A stretch of DNA of 64,000 nucleotides from a phage: the sequence record PX880100.1. One strand, 5' to 3'. The notes beneath the pieces were generated by a model. The model saw only the letters and a program-made list of their open reading frames with translations. It had not been told where the DNA came from and ran no database searches. The position numbers and the translations under genes are program-made. Shown here piece after piece: positions 36,172 to 46,129 of this stretch; within the stretch, counting starts at the first letter, position 1, and each line of letters opens with the position of its first letter.

Positions 36172-36455
36172 AACCAGAGCCATCTCATGAGTTAAAGCAA
36201 GCTCATGTAGACTGGCCTAAAGGACTTCAACCGTGTAGCTTTGACTTTAAGTTTGAAAAGAAATTAGCTACAAATGGAGAAGATGGCGTAGTAGTTGTTG
36301 TACCATATAAAGATTGGAATATGTTGGCAAAATGCCGTGAGGCAGAATATTCATATATTTCACGACTGACTGGTATGGTTTGCTTCTATCGCCAAGATTT
36401 ACAAGAAAAACGTTGCTTAGTTTACTATCCACCAATTAACAATAGGAAAGATTAA
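36102..36455 (+). CDS. lipoprotein (possible o-spanin)
   Basis: Signal peptide with lipobox ITGC; overlaps upstream gene by about 70 nt. Confidence 0.4.
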   Translation: MFNWKLGILLAAAITITGCAEEIKPEPSHELKQAHVDWPKGLQPCSFDFKFEKKLATNGEDGVVVVVPYKDWNMLAKCREAEYSYISRLTGMVCFYRQDLQEKRCLVYYPPINNRKD

Positions 36456-37207
36456 TGTCAGTATTAGTCGGTTTACATGGTGAAGCTGGTTCGGGAAAAG
36501 ATACCGTTGCAAAATTAATTATCGATTGGTGTAATGACACGTATCCAACGTGTTTATCCCGTCGTTATAGTTTTGCTAAGCCCGTTTATGAACTTGCATC
36601 CGTAATCCTCGGTGTAACTCCAGAGTTTCTAGGAGAGCGCAGGGGAAAAGAGATTGACCAATGGTTTACGGTCACACAATCTCAGTTGGAGCGAGCCAGG
36701 GATGTATGGTTTAAGTACGGTATCGATAAGTTCGAAGATTTCTCGTACGTTTGGCCTATTTTTGAGGAAAAATATCTTAATCCTCAACAACTTATATCAG
36801 AGAATAAAGAAGACGGTCTTTATAGTTTATTTATTTCTCCGAGAAAAATGTTACAGCTCGTAGGAACAGAGCTAGGAAGGCAGCTGGTGCATGAACGCAT
36901 TTGGCTCATAATTCTGGAGCAATCCATCTCTAAAGACGACCCAGATGTCGCCGTAATAACAGATGTTAGATTCCCCAATGAAGGAGAGCTACTCAGAGAA
37001 ACAAACCATTTAGATATGGATTCTTTGATAGTAAATGTAGTACCAGCTGAGCAGAAGTTCACTATTAAATCAGATCATCCATCTGAAAGTGGTATTCCTG
37101 CAAAATATATTACTCACGAATTAGTTAATAAATTCGATGGTATCAATAACCTTAAACTAGAAGTTTATAACTTCTGTGACTTAGAGCTAGAACCACTAGT
37201 TGGATAA
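36455..37207 (+). CDS. deoxynucleoside monophosphate kinase
   Basis: N-terminal P-loop GEAGSGKDT, as in phage dNMP kinases. Confidence 0.7.
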   Translation: MSVLVGLHGEAGSGKDTVAKLIIDWCNDTYPTCLSRRYSFAKPVYELASVILGVTPEFLGERRGKEIDQWFTVTQSQLERARDVWFKYGIDKFEDFSYVWPIFEEKYLNPQQLISENKEDGLYSLFISPRKMLQLVGTELGRQLVHERIWLIILEQSISKDDPDVAVITDVRFPNEGELLRETNHLDMDSLIVNVVPAEQKFTIKSDHPSESGIPAKYITHELVNKFDGINNLKLEVYNFCDLELEPLVG

Positions 37208-37219
37208 TCAAGGATCGCT

Positions 37220-37819
37220 ATGACTAATAAAAAAGAAGAAAAGACTAACCTGTTTCACTCCATTCGCCAATCTAATGAGTATACCTTTTTCTTTGATGAA
37301 GAATTAGGCCCGCCGGATGAATACCGTGATTTATCAATGGTACTTATGCAGGCAAATGAGGACGACGAAATTAATCTGATGATTAATGGCCCAGGTGGTT
37401 ATGTTGATACTGCTGCACAGTTATCTAACTTAATTGCTAATTGCCGTGGAACAGTTATAGGGCATCTGGTTGGTCCTAGTGCTTCTGCTTACTGTACAAT
37501 TTTCCTATCCTGTCATGGATGGGTAGTACATCCACATGCTACGCTAATGGGACACACGTTCTCTGGCGGATTCTGTGAGAAGGGTCAAGAAATCAAGAAA
37601 GCCTATGAATCTTACAACAAGTTCGTAGAAGATATGATGCTAGATGTCTACTATCCGTTCTTCTCAATAGACGAAATCGACGAGATGGTAAAAGACAACA
37701 AAAATATCTATCTAGATAGCAAAGAAATCCATAAGCGTATTGAAATCTTGGCGAAATATCGATCTGAGCAGTATAATAAAGCCCAGTTACCTCAATCCGA
37801 GGAGTATAACGAAGAGTAA
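37220..37819 (+). CDS. ClpP-like serine peptidase (S14 family)
   Basis: INGPGG, GPSASA (Ser) and H motifs resembling the ClpP triad region. Confidence 0.5.
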   Translation: MTNKKEEKTNLFHSIRQSNEYTFFFDEELGPPDEYRDLSMVLMQANEDDEINLMINGPGGYVDTAAQLSNLIANCRGTVIGHLVGPSASAYCTIFLSCHGWVVHPHATLMGHTFSGGFCEKGQEIKKAYESYNKFVEDMMLDVYYPFFSIDEIDEMVKDNKNIYLDSKEIHKRIEILAKYRSEQYNKAQLPQSEEYNEE

Positions 37820-37826
37820 GTAGTTT

Positions 37827-37859
37827 TAAGCCAGGGTTTAACGACCCTGGCTTTTCTTT
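37827..37859 (+). terminator. Rho-independent terminator
   Basis: AGCCAGGG...CCCTGGCT hairpin then TTTT. Confidence 0.7.
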
Positions 37860-37975
37860 TATCTAAAATTCTTCTTGACAACGACAAAATTTTGTGCTCC
37901 AAAGAAAATCTTTAAAAACACATTGTAATTTTCCTCCAAAATTAGTATAATGGTACTGGTTAGAGGAGGTTACAA

Positions 37976-38632
37976 TTGGAAAAGTTCTTACAATTATTAA
38001 CGGTACTGCTCCAAGAAGCGAAAGATCCAGCATCGCTTCTTAAACGTCTGCTAACTATCTTAGTTGCTGTCATTATTTTCTTATTTGTTAGTAATACTAG
38101 CGAGGTGATGTCATTCTTAAAGACTTTCTCCACGTCTGCGGTTCTACAGGATGTTCAAACTCAAAGGATAGATAACTTTCCTAATGTAGCTAGAGAAAAG
38201 AGCATGGTACTCTTTTCTCAAACGGGTGCGGATGCTGTTTTTGTAGTCAAGTATAAACCCGATGCCATTAATGATTATTCTAACATTATTGCATGGGAAA
38301 GCAATGCGCAATTAGATAGGGCTGACTTGGCCGATAAAGCAGTAAATAAAACGTCTGAGCTATACAGACGTCACTTAGAGGGCTTTAACTACGCATCGGA
38401 TTTAAGTGTAAGAGTAAATAAATATACGGGGTTAAATATACCTGCGTTTAAGAATGTTACTTTTAATTACATATACACTTGTCCATATTTCAATCTAAAC
38501 AATATCTATGCTGGATATATTGGTATTGCTTGGAAAGATAATCCTGTAGATGCAGCCGATTCTGAGAAATTCAAGGAATATTTAACAAAGCTCTGTTCCC
38601 CACAACAGAGATCTTTAGGTAGATCAATATGA
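37976..38632 (+). CDS. hol: putative holin (TTG start)
   Basis: Hydrophobic N-terminal segment; immediately upstream of endolysin with overlapping stop/start; GAGGAGG SD. Confidence 0.45.
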   Translation: MEKFLQLLTVLLQEAKDPASLLKRLLTILVAVIIFLFVSNTSEVMSFLKTFSTSAVLQDVQTQRIDNFPNVAREKSMVLFSQTGADAVFVVKYKPDAINDYSNIIAWESNAQLDRADLADKAVNKTSELYRRHLEGFNYASDLSVRVNKYTGLNIPAFKNVTFNYIYTCPYFNLNNIYAGYIGIAWKDNPVDAADSEKFKEYLTKLCSPQQRSLGRSI

Positions 38633-39042
38633 GTTTTAAATTTGGTAAAAACAGCGAAAAACAATTAGCTACCGTTAAGCCAGAGCTACAAAAAGTAGCT
38701 CGTAGAGCTTTAGAATTATCTCCATATGATTTCACGATCGTACAGGGTATTCGTACAGTAGCACAAAGTGCCCAGAATATTGCTAATGGTACCTCATTTT
38801 TAAAAGATCCTAGTAAAAGCAAGCATATTACTGGGGATGCGCTTGATTTTGCTCCATATATTAATGGCAAAATTGATTGGAATGACTTAGAAGCATTTTG
38901 GGCGGTTAAAAAGGCTTTTGAACAAGCGGGTAAAGAACTAGGTATTAAACTTCGTTTTGGTGCTGATTGGAATAACTCCGGAGACTATCACGATGAAATA
39001 AAACGTGGTACCTATGACGGCGGTCATGTCGAACTAGTTTAA
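38629..39042 (+). CDS. lys: endolysin, L-alanyl-D-glutamate peptidase (M15-like)
   Basis: 137 aa; H..D and DGGH metal-ligand pattern; lysis-cassette context. Confidence 0.7.
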   Translation: MSFKFGKNSEKQLATVKPELQKVARRALELSPYDFTIVQGIRTVAQSAQNIANGTSFLKDPSKSKHITGDALDFAPYINGKIDWNDLEAFWAVKKAFEQAGKELGIKLRFGADWNNSGDYHDEIKRGTYDGGHVELV

Positions 39043-39051
39043 TTAATAACT

Positions 39052-39077
39052 GAGGCGGGAATATTCCCGCCTTTTTA
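39052..39077 (+). terminator. Rho-independent terminator
   Basis: GGCGGGA...TCCCGCC hairpin then TTTTT. Confidence 0.7.
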
Positions 39078-39119
39078 GGCAAAGGGGGCTTTAATAATTT
39101 TTGAAGATAGGAGAAAGCC

Positions 39120-39536
39120 ATGTTTGCAGAACTATTCACTATGATGCTGCTAGGTATCTGGAAAATAAGTCTAGTAGTATTCGTTTTAATGATAGTCTTC
39201 ACTATCATTGCATTAACTACCCGAAATAGCTTATTAATAAAGGTTATTCACGGACTAGAGTATATAATTATGGGTTCATTCGGCGTTTGTAAATGCAATT
39301 GCCATAGAGATACGAAATATTGTTGGTTATGGATGGAACTAGAGAATCCTATATCCATAGCTTTGGCTGTTTCATTCGGTATGATTCTTATGGCCCTTAC
39401 TCTAGCATTAATACCTTTGATGTTAGCTGGGGGAGTTACAGCGTATTTCACCCTTTTCTCCCCGATACTTATGTACTCAATTTACCCAGTAACTATGTAT
39501 CTAGTTAGGAAAAAATTTATACATGCAGTAGATTAA
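39120..39536 (+). CDS. hypothetical polytopic membrane protein
   Basis: Three or four hydrophobic helices. Confidence 0.4.
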   Translation: MFAELFTMMLLGIWKISLVVFVLMIVFTIIALTTRNSLLIKVIHGLEYIIMGSFGVCKCNCHRDTKYCWLWMELENPISIALAVSFGMILMALTLALIPLMLAGGVTAYFTLFSPILMYSIYPVTMYLVRKKFIHAVD

Positions 39537-39611
39537 GATAAAAAAGTAGTTGACTTTTAGCCCTAGTTATTATATAATATATACATAAATTAGTTAAGAG
39601 AGGTATATATT

Positions 39612-40043
39612 ATGTCTGATCGTTTCTATACTCAAATGGCGGAGCATTTTCGTATACCACATTACGAGCTAAACATTGCACTCCGTGATCATGACTCTCC
39701 TGAGTACAAAAAGCTCGAAAAGAAAGCGGAAAAATCTATTGATACAAAGGTAGGTGCATCTATGTCTAAGGGCAAAAAGTTAACTCGTCTTGATCTTAAT
39801 AAAATTTTAACTGAACTTTTGGGTACTGATATTGAGGGTGCTAAATTACCGCTTATTGTACTAGAGACTATGATTAAAAAGGTCAAAAATAAAGAATATA
39901 AGAAGGTAGAAGTCCCAGAAGGCAGATTAAAGGCTCCTTATCAGGAAGCATTAACCGAGTGTTTGGGTGTAAATCTTGATCTGAGCACCGCAACCGTAAA
40001 AACTATGAAAAACTTCTTAGAGGCCATTAATAACTATGAGTAA
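39612..40043 (+). CDS. hypothetical protein
   Basis: ORF track; promoter TTGACT-17-TATAAT and GAGAGG upstream. Confidence 0.5.
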   Translation: MSDRFYTQMAEHFRIPHYELNIALRDHDSPEYKKLEKKAEKSIDTKVGASMSKGKKLTRLDLNKILTELLGTDIEGAKLPLIVLETMIKKVKNKEYKKVEVPEGRLKAPYQEALTECLGVNLDLSTATVKTMKNFLEAINNYE

Positions 40044-40326
40044 ATTAGTATATCTATTGAAAGGTTCCACCTGCAATCCTTGCAAGATGTTTGAGCCAGT
40101 ATTTGATAAAGTAGTCAGTGACTATAATTTGGAAATCCATAAAGAGACTGATAATACAGAATTAATGCAGAAATTTGGTGTGCGCCAAGTTCCTGTAGTA
40201 GTTCTAGCAGATCGCTTACCTAATGGTCGAGTAGAAGCCAATCATATTTTGATTGGACGTCAGCTTCGTAAAGAAACTATGCACGAAGCTATTAAAAATT
40301 TCCTGGATGATAATCCAGAGGACTAA
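40036..40326 (+). CDS. thioredoxin/glutaredoxin-like protein
   Basis: CNPC redox motif in a small alpha/beta protein. Confidence 0.55.
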   Translation: MSKLVYLLKGSTCNPCKMFEPVFDKVVSDYNLEIHKETDNTELMQKFGVRQVPVVVLADRLPNGRVEANHILIGRQLRKETMHEAIKNFLDDNPED

Positions 40327-40423
40327 TAAACAAAGCCTGATCTTAGCGGATCAGGCTTTTATTTTACTTGCTTTTTGCTAAAAATTTTGGTATAATACTT
40401 ATATAAATTGATTGGAGGATTAA

Positions 40424-40669
40424 ATGTTAGCGGAACAGGCAAAACGTTTAGCCAGGATAAATAGAGCTGCCCTTCTTAAGAGCAGAAAGAAACCATATAA
40501 ATATGTTAAAAAGAGAATAGTTTCTTCTGTGGGGATTGGAGGTTCTTTTGTACAGTTTAATCGTGATGAAATCAGTTATGAGGCTATAAAAGCCCTCTAT
40601 AAAGAGGGTTATACTCTACAACTATCTAATGATTATGGCACAACTATTTTAACTGTTATTTGGGAATAA
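40424..40669 (+). CDS. hypothetical protein
   Basis: ORF track; promoter cassette upstream. Confidence 0.45.
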   Translation: MLAEQAKRLARINRAALLKSRKKPYKYVKKRIVSSVGIGGSFVQFNRDEISYEAIKALYKEGYTLQLSNDYGTTILTVIWE

Positions 40670-41535
40670 TTATGAAAAAAGAATTTAATGTACATAAAAC
40701 TCTAGTAGTGCCAGATGACGCCAACTTGTTTTTCGTCGGTGATATTCATGGATGCAATGATTTGCTAGAAGATGCACTGAAATTAGCTGGGTATAATAGC
40801 AAAAAAGATTGCTTAGTATGTGTTGGTGACTTAATTGACCGAGGCACACAAAACCTACAAGTTTTAGCCAAATTCCTGTATAATCCACATTTTGTCAGTG
40901 TCCGTGGTAATCACGACCAGTTTATGATTGCAGGAGATTGGGCTAATTGGATGTATAACGGTGGTATATGGGCTATGGAAGAGCTGGATGCAGACACCAT
41001 TAAAAATATCGCCGAAGATATGGCTGAAAAAATGCCAGTATTCCTAACTGTTAGACATCGTGGTAAGAAGTATGGTGTTGTTCATGGTGGTGTACCTTTT
41101 ACATACAAAGAATGCGGTAATGAGGTAGAAACCCCAGTATGGGATAATCTTATTGCACAAGTAGAAGCAGCTAAGGAAGACCCACATGACCATCCTGGAT
41201 ACCATATTGAACCATATTTATGGGATCGAGATGTAATCCAAGAAATAGGCTTCTACTTGTCCAAAAACGGTGAGGAACATCCGTATTTTCAGCGTTATGC
41301 AGGATTTAAAGAAAAATACATGGTAGAAGTGCCCGAAGTTAAAGGGGTAGATTTCGTGTTTCATGGACATACTGGAGTACCTTACCCACTTCTTTATAAA
41401 AACCGTGTTTACCTTGATACTGGCGGTGTTTTCAACGGGCAGTTGACGGTTGCGCAAGTTAACGATGAAACTGGCAAAATCACCACATTTACCACAGACA
41501 AAAATAATAGCTGCGGTGTACAGAGGATTCTTTAA
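40660..41535 (+). CDS. Ser/Thr protein phosphatase (calcineurin-like metallophosphatase)
   Basis: GDIHG, GDLIDRG and GNHD metallophosphatase motifs. Confidence 0.75.
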   Translation: MGIIMKKEFNVHKTLVVPDDANLFFVGDIHGCNDLLEDALKLAGYNSKKDCLVCVGDLIDRGTQNLQVLAKFLYNPHFVSVRGNHDQFMIAGDWANWMYNGGIWAMEELDADTIKNIAEDMAEKMPVFLTVRHRGKKYGVVHGGVPFTYKECGNEVETPVWDNLIAQVEAAKEDPHDHPGYHIEPYLWDRDVIQEIGFYLSKNGEEHPYFQRYAGFKEKYMVEVPEVKGVDFVFHGHTGVPYPLLYKNRVYLDTGGVFNGQLTVAQVNDETGKITTFTTDKNNSCGVQRIL

Positions 41536-41834
41536 TGAATGATAGAATGAAAGAGGTACGAGAAGAATTACAAGCCATGCATATTGATGCCCTTCGTTGG
41601 AGGGCATTAGTTAATGCTTTCGTCAAAGGAGATACCGGAGTAATATATTCTGGAATAGCAGTCAATTTTTGTTTTAATTCTCCTGCTGAAATAGAGATAG
41701 AGACAAGGCTTACTACCTATCTTAATGAGGTAGACCTTAAGGAAGGAGAGACTCCTGAGGAGTTTAAAACCAAAGTGTTAACCTCTTGGGTTGATAGTTT
41801 AATACAGAATAAGGAAAAGAGTAATGAAAGTTAA
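41535..41834 (+). CDS. hypothetical protein
   Basis: ORF track. Confidence 0.4.
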   Translation: MNDRMKEVREELQAMHIDALRWRALVNAFVKGDTGVIYSGIAVNFCFNSPAEIEIETRLTTYLNEVDLKEGETPEEFKTKVLTSWVDSLIQNKEKSNES

Positions 41835-42414
41835 ATTCTGGTCAGACTTGCACTTAGACCACCCTGGAGCGTTACGTTTCCGTCCGTGGTTTAAGAACAT
41901 GAAAGAGCACGATGAGTATATTCTAGATACTTTGTCCAAGCATATTGGTAAGCGAACAAAACTTATTTTGCTAGGGGATATTGCAGTAGGTCGTGAAGGT
42001 CTGGCCAAATTAAAGTCGGTTATCCACAATGTTCCTAACCAACTCATTATGGGTAATCATGATGCGGAACGTCAAGGACTGAGCATTAGGGACTTAGCAG
42101 AAGTTTATGATGATATTCAGGCTCTAGGTAAACAGACTGGAGGTGGCAAAAAGTTTTGGCTATCTCACTGCCCTTTACATCCTAATGAACTTCGTGGCAA
42201 ACTAAATATTCACGGACATGTACATACTATTTCTTTACGTGACCCACGTTATATTAATGTCTCATTTGAAATGAGTAAAACTCCAGTTCCACTAGAGGAT
42301 ATTGTGTCTGGTAAGTTTACTAGCTATGACAGAGTAGTTAATTGTACTACCGGTGAAGTATTACAAATAGGGGAAGATGTAGCTGCTGTATTACGTGGTG
42401 ATATAAATGTCTGA
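41824..42414 (+). CDS. metallophosphoesterase
   Basis: DLHLDHP, GDIAVGR, GNHD and HGHVH motifs. Confidence 0.65.
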   Translation: MKVKFWSDLHLDHPGALRFRPWFKNMKEHDEYILDTLSKHIGKRTKLILLGDIAVGREGLAKLKSVIHNVPNQLIMGNHDAERQGLSIRDLAEVYDDIQALGKQTGGGKKFWLSHCPLHPNELRGKLNIHGHVHTISLRDPRYINVSFEMSKTPVPLEDIVSGKFTSYDRVVNCTTGEVLQIGEDVAAVLRGDINV

Positions 42415-42581
42415 GTATATAGCTGAGGCTATTATTAAACGAATCATACAAGCGATAGCAATACTTATAATCCTTTGTATTGCTATTGGTACGGGATTAG
42501 GCATTTTAATTAAAAGTTTTATTTGCTAAAATGCTTAAGTTTCTGTATAATTACTTTATAAATTGATGAGAAGGAATCAAA

Positions 42582-43013
42582 ATGAACAAAGTTGATAAAG
42601 CTCTAGTTTTCGCAGCAGCAGATAAGTTTGAACAAGTTAAGGCAACTTTCCGAACCCTGTTCCAGTCTTACGTTCAGGATAAGTCTAATCCTATTTCTGA
42701 ACGTTTGATGGTCTGGGAATGCCATGCCTGCAATGCCCTATTAATTGCGGATTATCGTAGCGATATAGATAAAGATCTGTGCGAAATCCTTATCCCTGAG
42801 GAGGCAGAACGTTATCAGTTAATCTCTTTCCAAGATTTGGCGGAACATATCATTCCTGATGATCTTTGGGATAAATACTACGGTGATCCTGAGGACGAAG
42901 GAATGACTCCAGAAGCCTGTATTGAGCTGATCTGCAAAGATCATCCTGAAATTGCAGAGAAATTTGAAAAAGTTTTTGCTTCTGAGTTCTCCGGCGTTGT
43001 TAACGATTGGTAA
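42582..43013 (+). CDS. hypothetical protein
   Basis: ORF track; promoter cassette upstream. Confidence 0.45.
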   Translation: MNKVDKALVFAAADKFEQVKATFRTLFQSYVQDKSNPISERLMVWECHACNALLIADYRSDIDKDLCEILIPEEAERYQLISFQDLAEHIIPDDLWDKYYGDPEDEGMTPEACIELICKDHPEIAEKFEKVFASEFSGVVNDW

Positions 43014-43091
43014 GTAATTAAAAAATTCAGTTGCTTTAAGCCTTAAAATTCTGTATAATAAGTTCATAAATTAATGAGAGAGGAAATTCTA

Positions 43092-43343
43092 ATGGAAAAC
43101 ATGACTAAAAACGAAATGGCTAACGTTCTGGCAATTCTCCTCGACATGCAGGGTTTTGAGGGTCAGCTCATGAAGATGTCTATTCCGGCAATGAAAAAGA
43201 TGTATGATTCTCTGAATAAGAATGCTATGGCGTTCAACCTCGCAAAACAGGAAGCACGTTTTGCGAAAGAGCATCAAGCGACTGCCGAACGTCGTGCAGC
43301 ATCTTTTGAGCGTGAAGTTAAGCAACTGAAAGGTAAGAAATAA
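43092..43343 (+). CDS. hypothetical protein
   Basis: Track ORF trimmed to ATG after GAGAGG. Confidence 0.45.
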   Translation: MENMTKNEMANVLAILLDMQGFEGQLMKMSIPAMKKMYDSLNKNAMAFNLAKQEARFAKEHQATAERRAASFEREVKQLKGKK

Positions 43344-43506
43344 TGGAAAGGGTATCAATTGCACTCCTATCATTACTTATAGGAATACTAGTATATAATA
43401 TGGTTGCTCTTAACATACACTTAACCGAAGTAGACAAGTCTCTCCATGAGCTAAATGTAGAGATTTGCAAAGTAACTCCAAATAACGAAAAATGTAAGGG
43501 TATTTA

Positions 43507-43788
43507 ATGTTAATTGAAATTCTTATTGGATTGTTAGTGCTTATGACACTAGCAGCGATTGGTGGGATTATTGGTATTGTAAGCATACGAAAAAATATGG
43601 AGAGTATGCTTATTACTAATAGTGGACTCCACTGTCGCTTAATAGAACAAGAACAAGATATTGAACTAGCACAAAGACGCTCAGATATTCTAAAAGAAAA
43701 ACTAAACAATATTGAAGCAATAGTTGGGAATACAAAATTACCTAATAAAGTGATGCGTGCACAGATAATTACGGAGATTAAAAAATGA
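43507..43788 (+). CDS. hypothetical membrane protein
   Basis: N-terminal TM helix. Confidence 0.4.
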   Translation: MLIEILIGLLVLMTLAAIGGIIGIVSIRKNMESMLITNSGLHCRLIEQEQDIELAQRRSDILKEKLNNIEAIVGNTKLPNKVMRAQIITEIKK

Positions 43789-44030
43789 TGATGTTTATTC
43801 TAGCGTTTTATCTAATTGTGGTTGGTGTACTGGTTACTAAATACCACACATGGACGCCAAAGAATGTTGTTAAGGTAGCCTTATTTGTTATCCCAGTTCC
43901 ACTTATTATCTTTTCTATGTTACTGGTGATGTTAGTTGGTAAAGTAACAAAAACCGATATTAAACGTATTGCTGATGAATTACAACAGTCTTGTGATATG
44001 GTAGAGGATATTCTCAAAGATGAAGCTTAA
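43785..44030 (+). CDS. hypothetical membrane protein
   Basis: Two hydrophobic helices. Confidence 0.4.
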   Translation: MMMFILAFYLIVVGVLVTKYHTWTPKNVVKVALFVIPVPLIIFSMLLVMLVGKVTKTDIKRIADELQQSCDMVEDILKDEA

Positions 44031-44346
44031 TTTTAATGAATTAAATACCTTACATGAGATACTACAGTTTGTAAATAATAATATTAGTATTCCAGATGAT
44101 ACATTAGAAGTTCTCACGTTAATCGAGAAAAAGGTAGGAATTGAGATTGAGGACTCTTGGAAACCACTCTCTGTATTAACACCACTTAATATGAAAGTGA
44201 TAGTTAAAAATATTGATACTGGTGAAGAGTGTGAAATGATTCGTAAAGAACTAGCTGATAGCTATTCACCAAAGTCTGTAGTAATGTACCATGATGATAC
44301 CGCTAAGACTCTACAGACAGCTAATTACGTATGGCGTCTCCCATGA
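44020..44346 (+). CDS. hypothetical protein
   Basis: ORF track. Confidence 0.4.
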   Translation: MKLNFNELNTLHEILQFVNNNISIPDDTLEVLTLIEKKVGIEIEDSWKPLSVLTPLNMKVIVKNIDTGEECEMIRKELADSYSPKSVVMYHDDTAKTLQTANYVWRLP

Positions 44347-44445
44347 TTGATTTAGTACCAATTACTGCGGGGCTACTAGCACTATTAGTGCTCGCAGTTT
44401 TTATTATTGTGGAGCAGGCCAAAGTAATAAGGAGACTTAAAAACA

Positions 44446-44646
44446 ATGATAAAACGTCTTGTTTATCAGGCACCAAAGATTGTAACTGAGTATTTTGTAT
44501 TACTGCCTCAGATTGTATTTCTAACAGCGTTATTTAATATACTTTTTCAACATCTAGGAATAACGGAAAATATCTTCTACACTTCTGAACTACTTCCTTT
44601 TATGTACGAAGGCATCATCGTGGCAATTAACGGAGTTCGTAAATGA
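44446..44646 (+). CDS. hypothetical protein
   Basis: ORF track. Confidence 0.35.
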   Translation: MIKRLVYQAPKIVTEYFVLLPQIVFLTALFNILFQHLGITENIFYTSELLPFMYEGIIVAINGVRK

Positions 44647-45104
44647 CAGCACTACAACAACTACAGAATTACTGGTTTGATAACCAATTTAACGATCTCT
44701 TTATCCAGTTATTTGTCGAAACGAACGGACGCTTCAACTACCGATTCTTTAATAAGTTTCACGAAACAAAATTCTCGCATACAGAAATTAATGCAGCGAT
44801 CCAAGACCTAACTGGTTCTAAAGTAATCCAGTATCGTGAAGTCTACTTCACACCAGATTGTTTTGGGTTTGAATTGTTTAAGAAAGCATATAAATTTGGT
44901 AAGTTTGAAGATGCTCGTCAATGGGTTTACGATTTCTGGTACAACACTGATATTGTTCCTAGTCGTGTGCTGATTCTTAACTGGATTGCTAAGCAACATC
45001 CACCTAAAGCTCAATCGTCCTTCTTACCAACTGACACAGGAAATCTCTACCATGACAGAAAAGAAAAATCCATTGCTGGAGCAGATGAAGGAATGGGAGA
45101 GTAA
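44643..45104 (+). CDS. hypothetical protein
   Basis: ORF track. Confidence 0.4.
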   Translation: MTALQQLQNYWFDNQFNDLFIQLFVETNGRFNYRFFNKFHETKFSHTEINAAIQDLTGSKVIQYREVYFTPDCFGFELFKKAYKFGKFEDARQWVYDFWYNTDIVPSRVLILNWIAKQHPPKAQSSFLPTDTGNLYHDRKEKSIAGADEGMGE

Positions 45105-45423
45105 TATTGAATCTGGTCTAGTAGACGGAGAAGATATTGTTAACTCTATGTTAGAAGTAACAATAGATAATATTAACCCTATTTTGGCCAGTGAAACCTC
45201 AGATCTTATAGGACTTTCTAGTACTTTCGATTCTTTAGCTAAATTAGCTTTAGATGATGAAGAGATAACCAAAGAAGATCTCGCCTCAGCTATGAATATG
45301 GCTATTAACGCTTACATTGGCAAACGTACCGATGAACTTGACAAACAAATCAAAAAGCGTGATACAACGTTAAATCTTATGGAAACGGCCACTATTTTAA
45401 GAAGTGGTAAACAACTTCATTAA
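45052..45423 (+). CDS. hypothetical acidic protein
   Basis: Track ORF trimmed to ATG after AGGA; terminator downstream. Confidence 0.4.
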   Translation: MTEKKNPLLEQMKEWESNIESGLVDGEDIVNSMLEVTIDNINPILASETSDLIGLSSTFDSLAKLALDDEEITKEDLASAMNMAINAYIGKRTDELDKQIKKRDTTLNLMETATILRSGKQLH

Positions 45424-45430
45424 TTCTAGA

Positions 45431-45458
45431 GGCCAGGACTTAATTGTTCTGGCCTTTT
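45431..45458 (+). terminator. Rho-independent terminator
   Basis: GGCCAG...CTGGCC hairpin then TTTT. Confidence 0.65.
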
Positions 45459-45681
45459 GTGTTTCAAGGAACTTCAAATGCAAGTATATGTCCTTACTAG
45501 AGATATAAATGAGTATAATCAGGATGGAGAGTATTTTGTAAAAGTATTCGCTGAAAAGCCAAGTAAACAACAATTATTAGATGCTGGAGTACCAGAAGAC
45601 CAGGCTAAGTGTATACTACAAGATAAAGAGTTTACTGGTGATGCTTACGAATGTTTCTACCTTAGCTGTGAGAATATCTAA
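45457..45681 (+). CDS. hypothetical protein
   Basis: ORF track. Confidence 0.4.
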   Translation: MCFKELQMQVYVLTRDINEYNQDGEYFVKVFAEKPSKQQLLDAGVPEDQAKCILQDKEFTGDAYECFYLSCENI

Positions 45682-45682
45682 T

Positions 45683-46129
45683 ATGAGAGAAAAAGTAAAT
45701 GAATTATTAATCGAGGAAGCTAACAACTTCCCAATAAATAGGTTTATCAAATCGGATGGATCTATTAATAGAACTAAGATTAAGCAGCTACATCCCGACT
45801 TTCAACAAGAAGCGCTAAACCTTATATTTATCAAGAAAGCTGTTGCAGCTCATGGAGTTTTCTTTGGGTATGAACGTGTAAATTATAAGACAATGCAACA
45901 GCAAGTAGAGATCTATTGTCCAGATCATGATGGTTATTACTGGCAAACTGCTAGATCTCATTTAGAAGGGCATGGTTGTCGACTGTGTGCACACAAGGTT
46001 GTGCAGCGTGTCACGGATTATGGAACTTATACAGTACCAGCATGTTATCATAAATTTGTAATTGACGATAATCATATAGTTTGGTATAATAAGTTTTCAA
46101 AGTTAAGAATGGAGATAAATAGTGAGTAG
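45683..46129 (+). CDS. hypothetical Cys/His-rich protein
   Basis: CPDHDGYYW...HGCRLCAH; start trimmed to internal ATG. Confidence 0.35.
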   Translation: MREKVNELLIEEANNFPINRFIKSDGSINRTKIKQLHPDFQQEALNLIFIKKAVAAHGVFFGYERVNYKTMQQQVEIYCPDHDGYYWQTARSHLEGHGCRLCAHKVVQRVTDYGTYTVPACYHKFVIDDNHIVWYNKFSKLRMEINSE

